From the IMG/VR virus record IMGVR_UViG_3300049009_000874, positions 125,230 to 189,229 of that record: a DNA stretch of 64,000 nucleotides. One strand, given 5' to 3'. Of this stretch, positions 9,832-20,073 are shown one piece after another; within the stretch, counting starts at the first letter, position 1; each line of letters begins with the position of its first letter. Under the pieces are notes generated by a model, which was not told the DNA's origin, searched no databases, and worked only from the letters and a program-made list of their open reading frames with translations. The DNA is from a virus (lineage: Duplodnaviria; Caudoviricetes). A program made the position numbers and the translations under genes.

Positions 9832-9998
9832 CCCTTTTCCATCATGAGCCAGAGGATGATGTAAGCCAGGACGCCGACCCCCAAATGCAGGAACATGACG
9901 ACGAATATCAGCCGTATCCAGAACGGCGAAATGTCGAAATATCTGCCCATGCCGGCGCACACGCCCGCTAGATTAGCCCTTTCCATGTCTCTTTTCAT
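9828..9998 (-). CDS. pspC: PspC-domain small membrane protein (56 aa, absent from ORF track)
   Basis: Hand translation MKRDMERANLAGVCAGMGRYFDISPFWIRLIFVVMFLHLGVGVLAYIILWLMMEKG; GAGGTG RBS. Confidence 0.85.
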   Translation of the reverse strand: MKRDMERANLAGVCAGMGRYFDISPFWIRLIFVVMFLHLGVGVLAYIILWLMMEKG

Positions 9999-10088
9999 TT
10001 TTCACCTCAAAAATTCAACATATATATGTTTAATCGCCGGAGATATAACTCGCTTATTGACAATTTCACTTTTTGGGGGGAAACACCA

Positions 10089-10661
10089 ATGATCGCGGAA
10101 TTCCACGAGATGCTTACGCCAGATGATTGCCAGCTGATAATCGATTACGCGGTCAAGGACCTGAAAGCCCTTACGGTCGTAGGGTCGGACAACAAGGATA
10201 AATTCAGGGTTGGTGACGGAACATGGGTTTACAACCCCATAATGAACTCCGAAGGGATCGACCTGAACCGCAAGATCCAGCTGATGATATCCGAGAAAAC
10301 TGGAATACCGGCGGAAAACCAAGAAAAGATACATATAGTCCATTACGGGGTTGGGGGCGAATACAAGCAGCACCACGATTTCTTCCACGCCAACGTCGAA
10401 GATTACGAGAAACACATATCCAGGGGAGGTCAGAGGTCGTACAGCGCCATTTTCTACCTCAACGATGGCTTCGAGGGTGGCGAAACCAGGTTCGTCAAGA
10501 AGAACATAGACGTGAAGCCTCGCGTCGGGAAGCTGCTTCTCTGGACGAACATGAAGGAAGACAAAACGCCGGACTACGACTCGCTTCACGCCGGTATGCC
10601 AGTTACTTCCGGGGAGAAGTGGATAGCGATCGTGTGGGTAAGGGAGAAAAAGTTCCAGTAG
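10089..10661 (+). CDS. Prolyl 4-hydroxylase-like 2OG-Fe(II) oxygenase
   Basis: HHDFF, FYLND..EGGETRF and SLHAGMPVTSGEKW. Confidence 0.9.
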   Translation: MIAEFHEMLTPDDCQLIIDYAVKDLKALTVVGSDNKDKFRVGDGTWVYNPIMNSEGIDLNRKIQLMISEKTGIPAENQEKIHIVHYGVGGEYKQHHDFFHANVEDYEKHISRGGQRSYSAIFYLNDGFEGGETRFVKKNIDVKPRVGKLLLWTNMKEDKTPDYDSLHAGMPVTSGEKWIAIVWVREKKFQ

Positions 10662-10769
10662 ACCGATTTTGTCAAAAAAAGAAATTTTATTTCCAAAAAA
10701 ACACAGACCTTTTTCCCGGCACGATACATAAATTGCAGTCCAATTTTCACTTTTCACAAGGAGATTATC

Positions 10770-11723
10770 ATGGGAGCAACATCAAACGAAGGTGTCGGAA
10801 TAGGATCGGTAGAGAAATCTTTACCGAAAATCGTAAACGGTGTCGTGAAAAAAGAAAACATACAACAGGGTAAGATTTTCGAAAACTTTACATCGGATGT
10901 AACAATTTCCACAGCAGACGGAACAGTTAATTCTATTGATGCTTCAGACATTACTATCAAAGCTGGTGATGGATATCCATTAGCGGTTGATCCTCCTGAA
11001 GCTGATGCTGATGGTGATGATGCTGATGGTGGTAGTGTTTTCATCTATGCTGGTCACGCTAATGGTGAAGGAGAAGGTGGAGACATTATTATTTCCGCTG
11101 GCAATACTGGCAATGGTCCAGATGCAAATGCTGGAAGTGTAACGATCAGAGGTGGCAATGCAGATGTTGCCGAAAATTCAGATGCAGGAGGTGTAAACAT
11201 CTATGGTGGCGATGGATCAAGTGGTACTACTGACAGCGAGGGTGGCGATATTAATATTGAAGCTGGCAATGCTGGTGGCGATGGGGAGGCTGGTGATGTC
11301 CGTATTTATGCTGGCAATAGTGGTAATGGAGATGGCAGCAATGATGATCCAAAAGCAGGTGACATAGAAATCATTGCTGGTGATTCACTAGCCACTACAG
11401 ATTTAAATGGCGGAGATATTACTATCACTTCAGGCAATGGCACTGTTGATGGTCGTGGTGGCGACTTGAGTTTGACTACCGGCAGTAGTGTTGGCACAGA
11501 TCGTGCTGGCGATATGTTTCTTACTTGTGGCATTAATAGTGGTGCTGGTAGAAATGGTCATATTTACATTCAAAGTATGACAAGAATGCCAGTATATGAT
11601 AATGCTACTGCAAGAGACAATGCTGCTGGTACTCCAACCAACGGTATGTTTTGTTACAACATAGCGACAACCAACATAGAAGTCTATGTTGGCGGTATTT
11701 GGAGAGCAGTTAATGTGACTTAA
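10770..11723 (+). CDS. Gly-rich putative virion fibre/decoration protein
   Basis: Repeated GGD[IV]xIxAG beta-solenoid-like motif. C-terminal GMFCYN.......YVGGIW. AT-rich codon usage. Confidence 0.65.
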   Translation: MGATSNEGVGIGSVEKSLPKIVNGVVKKENIQQGKIFENFTSDVTISTADGTVNSIDASDITIKAGDGYPLAVDPPEADADGDDADGGSVFIYAGHANGEGEGGDIIISAGNTGNGPDANAGSVTIRGGNADVAENSDAGGVNIYGGDGSSGTTDSEGGDINIEAGNAGGDGEAGDVRIYAGNSGNGDGSNDDPKAGDIEIIAGDSLATTDLNGGDITITSGNGTVDGRGGDLSLTTGSSVGTDRAGDMFLTCGINSGAGRNGHIYIQSMTRMPVYDNATARDNAAGTPTNGMFCYNIATTNIEVYVGGIWRAVNVT

Positions 11724-11755
11724 GTTGTTTAGTTTCGAATAAATGATTAAATCAG

Positions 11756-11791
11756 AAACTCTTTTCCATTAATTTGGAGAAGAGTTTTTTT
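11756..11791 (+). terminator. Rho-independent terminator
   Basis: aaactcttttcca-ttaatt-tggagaagagttt hairpin followed by a T tract. Confidence 0.75.
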
Positions 11792-11850
11792 ATTTTAAAA
11801 AAAACATAAATTTTCCCAGAACCATAAATACAGACAAGTCACGGAAGACG

Positions 11851-12093
11851 TCACACGGCGTGCCTTCCCCGCTTGAGTTTTATTCCCGCCTGCTTCGCTA
11901 TCTTGACGAGGGTCGGCATGCTTATCGGAAACCTTGACGGTGGCTTGCCCGGATTAATTTTTATGCCAGTTATGAGGATCTCGTCGCGTGTCGCCGTCAA
12001 ACCGCCAGTCGAACGGATCACGTTGATTATCAGCCTGTTTAGCTCGCCCTCCAAGTAAACCGACTTGTTTTTCGGTCTTCCAATCTTGCTCAT
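11851..12093 (-). CDS. Small basic putative DNA-binding protein
   Basis: GRP and KRGR AT-hook-like ends; GGAG RBS. Confidence 0.55.
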   Translation of the reverse strand: MSKIGRPKNKSVYLEGELNRLIINVIRSTGGLTATRDEILITGIKINPGKPPSRFPISMPTLVKIAKQAGIKLKRGRHAV

Positions 12094-12202
12094 GTTTTTT
12101 CTCCAACCTAAGGAAAATAAAAAGCTTACAACAATATTCTATACATTTTTTTAAAAAAGTAAAGTAGTTCGGTGAAAAAACTACAGAAATCCATAAATAC
12201 AA

Positions 12203-12460
12203 TTGGTTTTAAAAAAAATAAGGTTGCCGATGAAAAAGAAAAGAAACAACAATCTGTTCGACAAAAAGCAAAAGTACATAGTCGACCAGCAGAAGCGCAA
12301 GCTATCGTGCAAGGTCGTTCCCGCGGTCCGCGACACACATGACGATTTCTGGGAGTACGAGGAACAGCTTGGCGATCAGCGTGCCGAGGAAATGTCGATT
12401 TCCTCGGCAAGGACGCTCGGCTTCATGGATTGGCTGAAGAGCCTCATCTTCCGGAAGTGA
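12203..12460 (+). CDS. Hypothetical protein
   Basis: ORF immediately after CATAAATA; C-terminal GFMDWL. Confidence 0.5.
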   Translation: MVLKKIRLPMKKKRNNNLFDKKQKYIVDQQKRKLSCKVVPAVRDTHDDFWEYEEQLGDQRAEEMSISSARTLGFMDWLKSLIFRK

Positions 12461-12733
12461 TCATTTCCTCTGCAGCCCCTTGATCGAGAATATTATCGTC
12501 GGCAATGACACGAACCTGATCACGCTTATCGGCAGGGTTATCCAAAAGACGCCAACTATGAGCGCCAACAGACAAAGCGGCGCGCTCACGTACTTCGGCG
12601 CGAAAAACGTGGACGCGTACGCGAACGGACCTGAAAAAACTGCAAGCAAAAACAAAAAGAACACCATCAGCGCCAAGCTCTCCATGTGACTATGTAGTAT
12701 TTTTTCGATTAAAGAACCGAGGAATCCATTCAT
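12461..12733 (-). CDS. Small membrane protein
   Basis: Two to three hydrophobic segments; ATGA overlap with the upstream gene. Confidence 0.55.
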   Translation of the reverse strand: MNGFLGSLIEKILHSHMESLALMVFFLFLLAVFSGPFAYASTFFAPKYVSAPLCLLALIVGVFWITLPISVIRFVSLPTIIFSIKGLQRK

Positions 12734-13326
12734 GAAAGCATGAGAAGATTTCCTTGCTTGATTATTCGAGCCTGCCCATCTTTGACGTACCTTGGTTTTT
12801 CTGTTTTGTCTGAGAAGAATTCATCAACTGCCTTCGTGACGCCTTCGCAATGGTGATCTAAGTAATCATCTAAAACTATGATTCCACCAATAGTCATCCT
12901 TGTATAGAAGAAAGAAATGCAGTCCATGGTGCATTTGTACATGTCTACGTCCAGATGAACGAGGGAGAATGTTTCTTCGTTGATTTCCTCATGGTTTTGT
13001 TCTGGGAAAATGCCTTTGAAAACATGGATGTTCTTGAAGCTTTCGAATTGTTTTTTGATTTCATCAAAGGAAGAACCCCTGAAGTCGCCCTTGTTGAAAA
13101 AATTGTCATGTTGTGATTTTTCGTAGGGAAGTCCTTCGAAGGTGTCGAACAAGAAGAGGCTTTTCCCGCTTCTCATCGAATTGTTTATTATCTCGGCGCT
13201 TCCGCCCTTGTAAACCCCAACCTCCGCTAAATTCCCCGGCAGTCTGTTGGACATCTCCACGCAATCGCGAAGAGATGATTTTTTTGAATTCGAAAGTAAG
13301 CTTGACATAGATTTCCTCCTTGACAT
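12730..13326 (-). CDS. TylF/MycF-family O-methyltransferase
   Basis: EVGVYKGGS, LFDTFEGLP, LVHLDVDMY and IVLDDY. Confidence 0.92.
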   Translation of the reverse strand: MSRRKSMSSLLSNSKKSSLRDCVEMSNRLPGNLAEVGVYKGGSAEIINNSMRSGKSLFLFDTFEGLPYEKSQHDNFFNKGDFRGSSFDEIKKQFESFKNIHVFKGIFPEQNHEEINEETFSLVHLDVDMYKCTMDCISFFYTRMTIGGIIVLDDYLDHHCEGVTKAVDEFFSDKTEKPRYVKDGQARIIKQGNLLMLS

Positions 13327-13410
13327 CTACTGGTTATATAGCCAAACATGCGCGCTAATTGAAGAATAAAAAACCGCCACGGCGACTAAATAACACAAAG
13401 GGAGAATGTC

Positions 13411-15678
13411 ATGAATTTCAGGGATTACATAGATTGCGCGTGTTTCAGCAGCATGATGCTGAACCTGACCGAGGCTGTAGCGAACATAGACGCCCATCAG
13501 CCGCTGGACGGCTATTGGGACAGCATCACGAAGAGCGGCGGCGTCTACAGGTTCAACGTCCACGGCGACGGATGCGAAGATTCCTCGAGCAACGCGCATG
13601 GACCGCCGGACCCGCGGAGGATGCGGCACCCGTTGAAGCCATGCTCCTGCTATTCCCCCAGAGACGACAGGAACCCTACGTGCTACAAGGTGACCATCTA
13701 CGGAGAGGTAGAAAAAGGCATAGCGTTCTCCAGGGGGGAAGGATCTGGGGTGTACAACGACACGCACATGAACGTGGGAGACGAAGTGTTCAAGGGGGTC
13801 CTCAAGGCGCTGAAGGAATACATCGAAAAACACGAGCCGTACTCCATCTCATGGAGTCCCGTAAGCAAAACATCCTACAGCCCAGCATCGATGTCGGTCA
13901 CAAGGTACGCCGGGAAAGAGACTGATACCCAGAGCGATATAGACCGGGAGAACGAGAGGCTCAAAGACCTCTACATGCAAAAGACACGAAGAGCCAGAGA
14001 GGGCGTTTACGACTCATGGTGCGTCAACAACCTTTTCCCCGAGAGATATGTCGGCATCTCCGAAACCCAATGGGTGAGGAGAGACATATACGACGACAAG
14101 CTCGTGCCGATCGGTTACCCGAAAATACCAAAGAGGGTAGAGACGATGAGGCACTATGTCGACGACCATGGAAATCCGATATCCGACGACAGGCTGCGGC
14201 AACTCAAGGATTCCCACCCGAGCTACAGACCAAAGAGGAAAACCATAGTCTCCCAGTGGGGAGACGAAAGGCGAGACGTCGACCACCTCAGGAACAGCGA
14301 CTACATGCTTGACCTCAAGGGAAATCCGATAGAGCCACACGACTTGAAAATAGACTCCAATTCAGCCGCGAAAACAGCCGTCATCGACGAGATCAGGAAA
14401 AATGGTGACAGCAAAGAAATGAGAGACAAGCTTCGCGCGGTAAAAAACGATCTGCAAGATCAATATGCACGAGAGTCCAGGGCTCAGGCGGACAGGGAAA
14501 GGGAGGAAGCCGCGCAGAGTCTCGTATCCAGCCCTGAACACAACCCGAACGGGCTTCGGGTCGGCGACCATGTCCTCATGTTGAGCAGGTTCGCCAGTTC
14601 AAGCGACCCGACGATGGTCTACAAGATAAAGTCGTTCAGGGCAGACAGGGGCGGCGACCTTCTGATCGTCATGCTGCGCAAGCAGAAAGACCTTGATTCG
14701 GAAGAGTTCGATGAAGACGAGGACAACTTGACGACATCCTACGCGACGAGGCTGGAGAAGGTCGACTCTTTGAGCCGCCACATAGAAAGGCACAAGGAAA
14801 GGCTGAACGGCATGATCGCAGACCGAAACCTCAATCCGAAAGGACTCAATGTCGGCGATGACGTCATCATAACTGGATCGTCGTGGGAGTCGGCGCCGGA
14901 TGTGATATTCGGCAAGATAACAAAGATCGCGATCAAGAGAAACCCTTATTCGAATCAAATGACCCTCGACGCGACCGTGAAGACCGGAGACGTGACTATG
15001 AATCGAACGCTTGACTCGGGAGACATCGAAAAGTCTACCCCGGAGAGAGCCGCGGAACTGAAGAAGAAGAAGCGCGCCGCCGAGGTCGAGAGTTCGATGA
15101 GGAGGAGAGTCAACAGGACACCGAACATCGAAGATCTAGGCGTGCACCTGACCAGTCACCCGACCAACGTAGGCAACCTAGCCCCGGGCGACCACGTCAA
15201 GGGAAGGACTTATGGGGCAAACTGGAGCGGCATTCTCGTCAGACTGATAGAGCCTGCTTACGAAGGAAGTGAAGTTATGGCTGAGGTCAAGATAACTCAC
15301 CAACCCATCGGGACCAAGCTCGCGAGGAGCAGGAAGATCGTGATTCTATTGTCCAGAATGGAAAAGGACACGTCTCCGGAGGCTCAGGAAAGGGCGCAGG
15401 TTTCACAGCGCGAGATAGAGAGGCTTCGGACCATATCCGCCGGGGCGGGAAGCCTTAGGGTAGGAGACCACGTCACGGTGGATGGCGGTCCGCACAGGGG
15501 CAAGATAGGCAGGATCATCGGCTTCATGCAGAACAGGAGCAACGTCAACGCCATCGTGGCGAATCTGGATCCCGAATCGACGCCAAGCCAGTTCAGCACC
15601 AAAACCTCGTTCCTGAGGGTCTCGAGCGGTTTCGCCGAGTGGTTCTCCTTGCGTGTCGCAAGAAGGGTAAAGCGATGA
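13411..15678 (+). CDS. Large tagged protein: array-family domain plus four KOW/SH3-like repeats
   Basis: Starts MNFRDYI...NLTEA. EVFKGVLKALKEYIEKHEP...VYD resembles the 37-46 kb paralogue core. LRVGDHV, LNVGDDV, LAPGDHV and LRVGDHVTVDGGPHRGKIG repeats. Confidence 0.7.
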   Translation: MNFRDYIDCACFSSMMLNLTEAVANIDAHQPLDGYWDSITKSGGVYRFNVHGDGCEDSSSNAHGPPDPRRMRHPLKPCSCYSPRDDRNPTCYKVTIYGEVEKGIAFSRGEGSGVYNDTHMNVGDEVFKGVLKALKEYIEKHEPYSISWSPVSKTSYSPASMSVTRYAGKETDTQSDIDRENERLKDLYMQKTRRAREGVYDSWCVNNLFPERYVGISETQWVRRDIYDDKLVPIGYPKIPKRVETMRHYVDDHGNPISDDRLRQLKDSHPSYRPKRKTIVSQWGDERRDVDHLRNSDYMLDLKGNPIEPHDLKIDSNSAAKTAVIDEIRKNGDSKEMRDKLRAVKNDLQDQYARESRAQADREREEAAQSLVSSPEHNPNGLRVGDHVLMLSRFASSSDPTMVYKIKSFRADRGGDLLIVMLRKQKDLDSEEFDEDEDNLTTSYATRLEKVDSLSRHIERHKERLNGMIADRNLNPKGLNVGDDVIITGSSWESAPDVIFGKITKIAIKRNPYSNQMTLDATVKTGDVTMNRTLDSGDIEKSTPERAAELKKKKRAAEVESSMRRRVNRTPNIEDLGVHLTSHPTNVGNLAPGDHVKGRTYGANWSGILVRLIEPAYEGSEVMAEVKITHQPIGTKLARSRKIVILLSRMEKDTSPEAQERAQVSQREIERLRTISAGAGSLRVGDHVTVDGGPHRGKIGRIIGFMQNRSNVNAIVANLDPESTPSQFSTKTSFLRVSSGFAEWFSLRVARRVKR

Positions 15679-16586
15679 AATTCAAGGAATGGTTTGTAGT
15701 CAATGAACTCCTATCGGTCGACCAGACGCCGATCGATTTCGAGCCGCACGATTATGGCGGCGGCGTGCAGATGGGAAAGGAGTTCGAGACCGAGGACGGC
15801 ACGTTCGTGGTCATCATGAAGGGGAGCGACATTCCCGGAGAATACTCTCGTGTGTTCCCGGACAACAGGAATCTCGGCGAGCACGAGGCTATGGTCGACA
15901 TCATACTCCAGAAGAAAAAAGGACCGGGCATCAGTTACTCGCTCCAGAAGAAGAGCAAGGACCCGTTCAAGGTCTACTCCAAGGTCGCGTCCATAGTCAA
16001 CTCCTACATCGAGCAGTTCAAGCCGATGATGCTGAAGTTCAACGCCTTCGAGCCTGAAATGGAACCGATATACAATATCCTGTACAGGAAGCTCCTTTCG
16101 AAAAAATACAAGCTCGTCCCAGCTTCTGGTGACGACAAGGAATTGAACTACAGGTATTTCATGGTGTCGGACGCTGCGGACAAGGTCGACATTGGCTCAA
16201 GGGCTGAAGCCGAAAGGTCATGGGGGTCGGACATCGAAGGAATCAGGAAGGAAAAGATCAAACAGAATGATTTCAGGAGAATCGTGAAGCCAAATCTGGG
16301 AGACAGATTCATCCTGAATAAAGACTCGAAGCCGACCGATCCAAGGATCGCGCGAAAAATGTTTGGAGCTGAAGCCATCTTCAGGTCAACCTTGGAAAGA
16401 CCAAGCAGGCTTCCAGTAATGAGCATGAATCCAGGGGAAACTTGCGTCATTGAGTTCCTTTCTACTCCCGAACTACCGTCTGTTTTCGTGGCTTTCAAGG
16501 ATATAGTCCACCACAGGATTTCGTCGGAATCCAAGCCCATATACACAAACAAGCCAGACGACCCGGGCAGGGTCGTGGGTGATTAA
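15675..16586 (+). CDS. Tagged protein, distant member of the array family
   Basis: Start MKFKEWFVVNEL (ATGA overlap). PFKVYSKVASIVNSYIEQFKPMMLKFNA...IY core. Confidence 0.7.
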   Translation: MKFKEWFVVNELLSVDQTPIDFEPHDYGGGVQMGKEFETEDGTFVVIMKGSDIPGEYSRVFPDNRNLGEHEAMVDIILQKKKGPGISYSLQKKSKDPFKVYSKVASIVNSYIEQFKPMMLKFNAFEPEMEPIYNILYRKLLSKKYKLVPASGDDKELNYRYFMVSDAADKVDIGSRAEAERSWGSDIEGIRKEKIKQNDFRRIVKPNLGDRFILNKDSKPTDPRIARKMFGAEAIFRSTLERPSRLPVMSMNPGETCVIEFLSTPELPSVFVAFKDIVHHRISSESKPIYTNKPDDPGRVVGD

Positions 16587-16605
16587 GACACAAAAGGAAA
16601 CTAAA

Positions 16606-16872
16606 ATGAGAAGATTCGCCCAATACCTAGAAGAGAGAGACCCGAGATTGCATGGTCGGATCGTCGACGAGGGAATAGCCAAATGGGTCGGGGACAAGGC
16701 TAAAGGGGTTTGGAAGGGTGCCAAGAAGAAATTGCAATCGGCGAAAAACGTCGTTCAATCAGCGAAAGCCCTAGCCGGTGAAGCCGGCGAAGCGCTCAGG
16801 GGAGTGACTGACCGGTGGGCTGCGAAAAAACAAGGCGGATACGAGTATGAGGCAAATCCAGAGAACTGGTGA
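16606..16872 (+). CDS. Small tagged helical protein
   Basis: MRRFAQYLEERDPRL...IVDEG; AAGGA RBS. Confidence 0.65.
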   Translation: MRRFAQYLEERDPRLHGRIVDEGIAKWVGDKAKGVWKGAKKKLQSAKNVVQSAKALAGEAGEALRGVTDRWAAKKQGGYEYEANPENW

Positions 16873-16905
16873 GAACGAATTTGGACCCTGGGCACGCCCG
16901 AGGAG

Positions 16906-17358
16906 CTAGATGTCTTCCTCGAGGCGAACGAGTCCGGAAAGGAAAGCCAAGGTCGTTTCCTCCCTTGAACCGCCATAGTGCTTGCGGAGCACCTCGCCGA
17001 AGACGCCGTCGCCGAAATGGTCGAACAGGGTCATGGAAGCCATGAGCTTCCCGGCGTCTACCTTGCCAAGCATTTCCGTCACGTCTGCGTCGGACTCCGC
17101 CACTACCAGGCTGCACTCCCTCAGCCTTGAGCCGAGGACTGGGTGCGAAAGGTAAGCCTCGGCTTCCTCGAGGCTCGATATGCCGTAGAACCTCGAGGTC
17201 CGGCTGACGCACAAAGGAAGCACCTGGGGGAAAACGTACCACATCCAGTGGCTTTCCTTCTTCCCTCGCCTTAACTCCAGCAGAGCCTCGCGGTAGTTGA
17301 ATTCCTGGGCTTCCAGGAACCTCTCCAGATCGTATTTGTTCGAGACACTCAATGGCAC
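16906..17358 (-). CDS. DUF1810 family protein
   Basis: DLERFLEAQ, SHWMWYVFPQ, EAEAYLSHPVLGSRL and SMTLF. Confidence 0.9.
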   Translation of the reverse strand: MPLSVSNKYDLERFLEAQEFNYREALLELRRGKKESHWMWYVFPQVLPLCVSRTSRFYGISSLEEAEAYLSHPVLGSRLRECSLVVAESDADVTEMLGKVDAGKLMASMTLFDHFGDGVFGEVLRKHYGGSREETTLAFLSGLVRLEEDI

Positions 17359-17392
17359 ATCCTTTCTACATGTTTCAGACTATCATATATTT

Positions 17393-18142
17393 GTGGAAAA
17401 TCAAACGAACCAATCCGAAAACCAGAGACCCAGCTTGAGGCGCGCTCCTAGTTTCGTCATAATGACGCACCCGAGGACGGGAAGCGAGCTTCTCTCGCAG
17501 TCGCTCAACCTGCACCCGGACCTCAAGGTCCTAGGCGAGCCATTGAACCCCAATCGCCGAGAGTTGAGCCTGGCTTCGGAAAGCGTCCCGTACTTCGGAC
17601 CGATGAGGGTCATGCGCTACGTCCAGAGCGAGGAACTGAAGGCGAGCTTCGAATCCATGATGTCGGCGAGCAACGGGATGAAGATAGTCTACGAGCAAAT
17701 AACCGCCTCGTCGCCCGTGACTGGCTGGCTGGCTGGGAACAAGGGCGTGAAGGTGATATTCATGCGGAGAAACCCAGCCCACAGCGCCATGTCCTACTGG
17801 TTCGCCAGGAAGAGCAACGTGTGGCAGAATCGGCACAGGGACGAGCCTGACTTCGTCGACCCTGACTTCGTCGAGGATTTCTGCGAGGCTTCCATGAGGG
17901 ACCACGCCTCGTACTCCAGGGTTTTCCGTGACCACGAGACCTTCGACATGACCTATGATGGCATGGTTTCGGACTGGTCCGGCTCGGTCGGTCGAGTCCT
18001 CGGGTTCATAGGGGCGGAAACGGTCGACCTCCCGAAATACACCACCAAGAGGACAGACCGTCTCGAGAAAATAGTCGTCAACTACGAGGAGTGCATGTGC
18101 AGAGCGAAAAAATACCTGGCAAGATCCATTTTGTTTGGCTAG
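17393..18142 (+). CDS. Stf0-like sulfotransferase
   Basis: FVIMTHPRTGSELL..SLNLHP..GEP and VIFMRRNP. Probable GTG start. Confidence 0.8.
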   Translation: MENQTNQSENQRPSLRRAPSFVIMTHPRTGSELLSQSLNLHPDLKVLGEPLNPNRRELSLASESVPYFGPMRVMRYVQSEELKASFESMMSASNGMKIVYEQITASSPVTGWLAGNKGVKVIFMRRNPAHSAMSYWFARKSNVWQNRHRDEPDFVDPDFVEDFCEASMRDHASYSRVFRDHETFDMTYDGMVSDWSGSVGRVLGFIGAETVDLPKYTTKRTDRLEKIVVNYEECMCRAKKYLARSILFG

Positions 18143-19518
18143 GAAGCAAGATCCCGGAGAAATATGTCGACAACATAAACCATTGCGCCGACCACAACCG
18201 GGGGATGCAGGTCAACCTCTGGACCGACGACATCTCCAGCAACGCCAAGAACGCGACAACCAGGATCGTTAAGACCGAGAACCCAAGATTCCACGAAGAG
18301 ACGAACATGGCTGCCAAGGCTGACGTCTTGAGGTACGAGATAATCAGTTCCGAGGGCGGCATATATTCCGACGTCGACTCGATATACCTAAGGTCCTTTG
18401 ACTCGGACATCATGAAGAAGCCGTTCGTCAGCCACACCTTCGATCCGTGGAACAACCTAACGAACGCGGTGTTCGGATTCCCAGCCGGTCACGAGTTCAT
18501 GGGGTTCGTGGTCGAGTCGCTGCGGCACAGCAGGCTGGAAAGCGACATAACCCGCCGGACCGGACCTGACTTCTTCACGTCGTGCTACCGGAGATACAGG
18601 GGAGACGAATCTTCCGCGTGGAGGAATTTCTGCTCCAGAGACCCATGGTGCGTCCACCAGGACAAGCTCGTGTATCCGAAGCGTTCCGCCGAGGAGAACC
18701 GCAAGGTTTGGTATTCGTTCCACACCAACGACGCCTCTTGGTCAACCAAGAAGCCGATTCCGAGATCCAGACCGAAGGTGTCCTACTGCACGTCCATAAG
18801 GAACAGGCTAGGTTTCCTCAAGGAGACCCTACCCCAGAACCTGATGGACGCCAGGGTTGATTCCGAATTCGTCGTCCTCGACTATGGCTCGTCAGACGGT
18901 CTCTCGGAATGGATAAGACCATACGTCAGCAACGGTCTCGTCCAGTATTTCCAAGCCCACGACCAGAAGTTCTGGCGCAACTCTCACGCCAAGAACGTGG
19001 CTGCCTGGTGCGCCACAGGGGGCATCGTGTGCAACGTGGACGCCGACAACTACATAACAAGGGGCTTCCACGAGCATGTCGTGGGAAACGCCGAAAAAGG
19101 TAGGGCTCTCAGTTCGCCTCCGGGTCTGAGGGGGGTCACGGGAAGGATAGCCTGCCACAAGACCGACTTCCTGGCTTCCGGCGGCTACAACGAGAGATTC
19201 AGTTTCGGCTGGGGTTGCGAGGACATAGACCTCGTGACAAGGCTCAGGTTCATGGGCGTCGACTTCAAGTACATACCGATGGCGTATCTCGAGCACATAG
19301 ACCACGATGACTCGATCAGGTCTTCTGAGTCCGAGGACAGGTCGATCTCGTCGTCGAGGTCGAAGAGCCACAGGATAATGGAGGAGTGTCTGAAAAGATG
19401 CGAGTACGTATCGAACTCCAACCAGCAGAAATGCGGTCATTCGAGGCTCACGAGGAACTATGTCGAGGAGATCCGTTCTGGATGGAACCCTAGGACGGAA
19501 CTCTTAAAACTTCCGTGA
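18091..19518 (+). CDS. Two-domain glycosyltransferase (GT32-like plus GT2/GT7-like)
   Basis: IPGKIHFVW, ADVLRYE..GGIYSDVD; then VVLDYGS, NVDAD and GGYNE..GWGCED. Confidence 0.88.
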   Translation: MHVQSEKIPGKIHFVWLGSKIPEKYVDNINHCADHNRGMQVNLWTDDISSNAKNATTRIVKTENPRFHEETNMAAKADVLRYEIISSEGGIYSDVDSIYLRSFDSDIMKKPFVSHTFDPWNNLTNAVFGFPAGHEFMGFVVESLRHSRLESDITRRTGPDFFTSCYRRYRGDESSAWRNFCSRDPWCVHQDKLVYPKRSAEENRKVWYSFHTNDASWSTKKPIPRSRPKVSYCTSIRNRLGFLKETLPQNLMDARVDSEFVVLDYGSSDGLSEWIRPYVSNGLVQYFQAHDQKFWRNSHAKNVAAWCATGGIVCNVDADNYITRGFHEHVVGNAEKGRALSSPPGLRGVTGRIACHKTDFLASGGYNERFSFGWGCEDIDLVTRLRFMGVDFKYIPMAYLEHIDHDDSIRSSESEDRSISSSRSKSHRIMEECLKRCEYVSNSNQQKCGHSRLTRNYVEEIRSGWNPRTELLKLP

Positions 19519-19560
19519 TATCCTGGGCGAAAACGATACATAGCTTAAAGGGGAAAAACT

Positions 19561-20025
19561 ATGATGATTGGAGCTCCATTCAAGAAACAGACCGCGACGA
19601 GGATAATGAGTTCCCGCCTCGCCGAGAACGACGTTTTCGGCATGGACCTTTTCGGGAAACTGGCAGAGAGGTTCGCCAGGTTCTTCGGGACGCCGACGTT
19701 CCTCATATCCCAGACGATGTTCGTGATCTTGTGGATATCGATAAACTCGTCCATGCTGTCGCCTTTCGACCCTTACCCGTTCATCCTACTAAACCTCCTT
19801 TTCTCCACGCAGTCGGCTTACGCCGCCCCCCTCATACTACTGGCTCAGACAAGGCAGGCTGAGAGGGACAAGGACTGGGAACAGTCGGACTCGCAGCACA
19901 GGGAGGAACTCCACTCGGCTTCGTTGGAACTCCTGAACTCGTCGCTGGACAACTCCAAGAAGATATTGGAACTGACGCAACGTGTCGAGGCTCTGCTCAG
20001 CGAGATACACAGAAAACCGATCTGA
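19561..20025 (+). CDS. DUF1003 family membrane protein
   Basis: FDPYPFILLNLLFSTQSAYAAPLILLAQTRQ signature. Confidence 0.9.
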   Translation: MMIGAPFKKQTATRIMSSRLAENDVFGMDLFGKLAERFARFFGTPTFLISQTMFVILWISINSSMLSPFDPYPFILLNLLFSTQSAYAAPLILLAQTRQAERDKDWEQSDSQHREELHSASLELLNSSLDNSKKILELTQRVEALLSEIHRKPI

Positions 20026-20073
20026 AACCAACTACATATATCATTGATCAAACGCTAACCTAGAGGATTTGAA

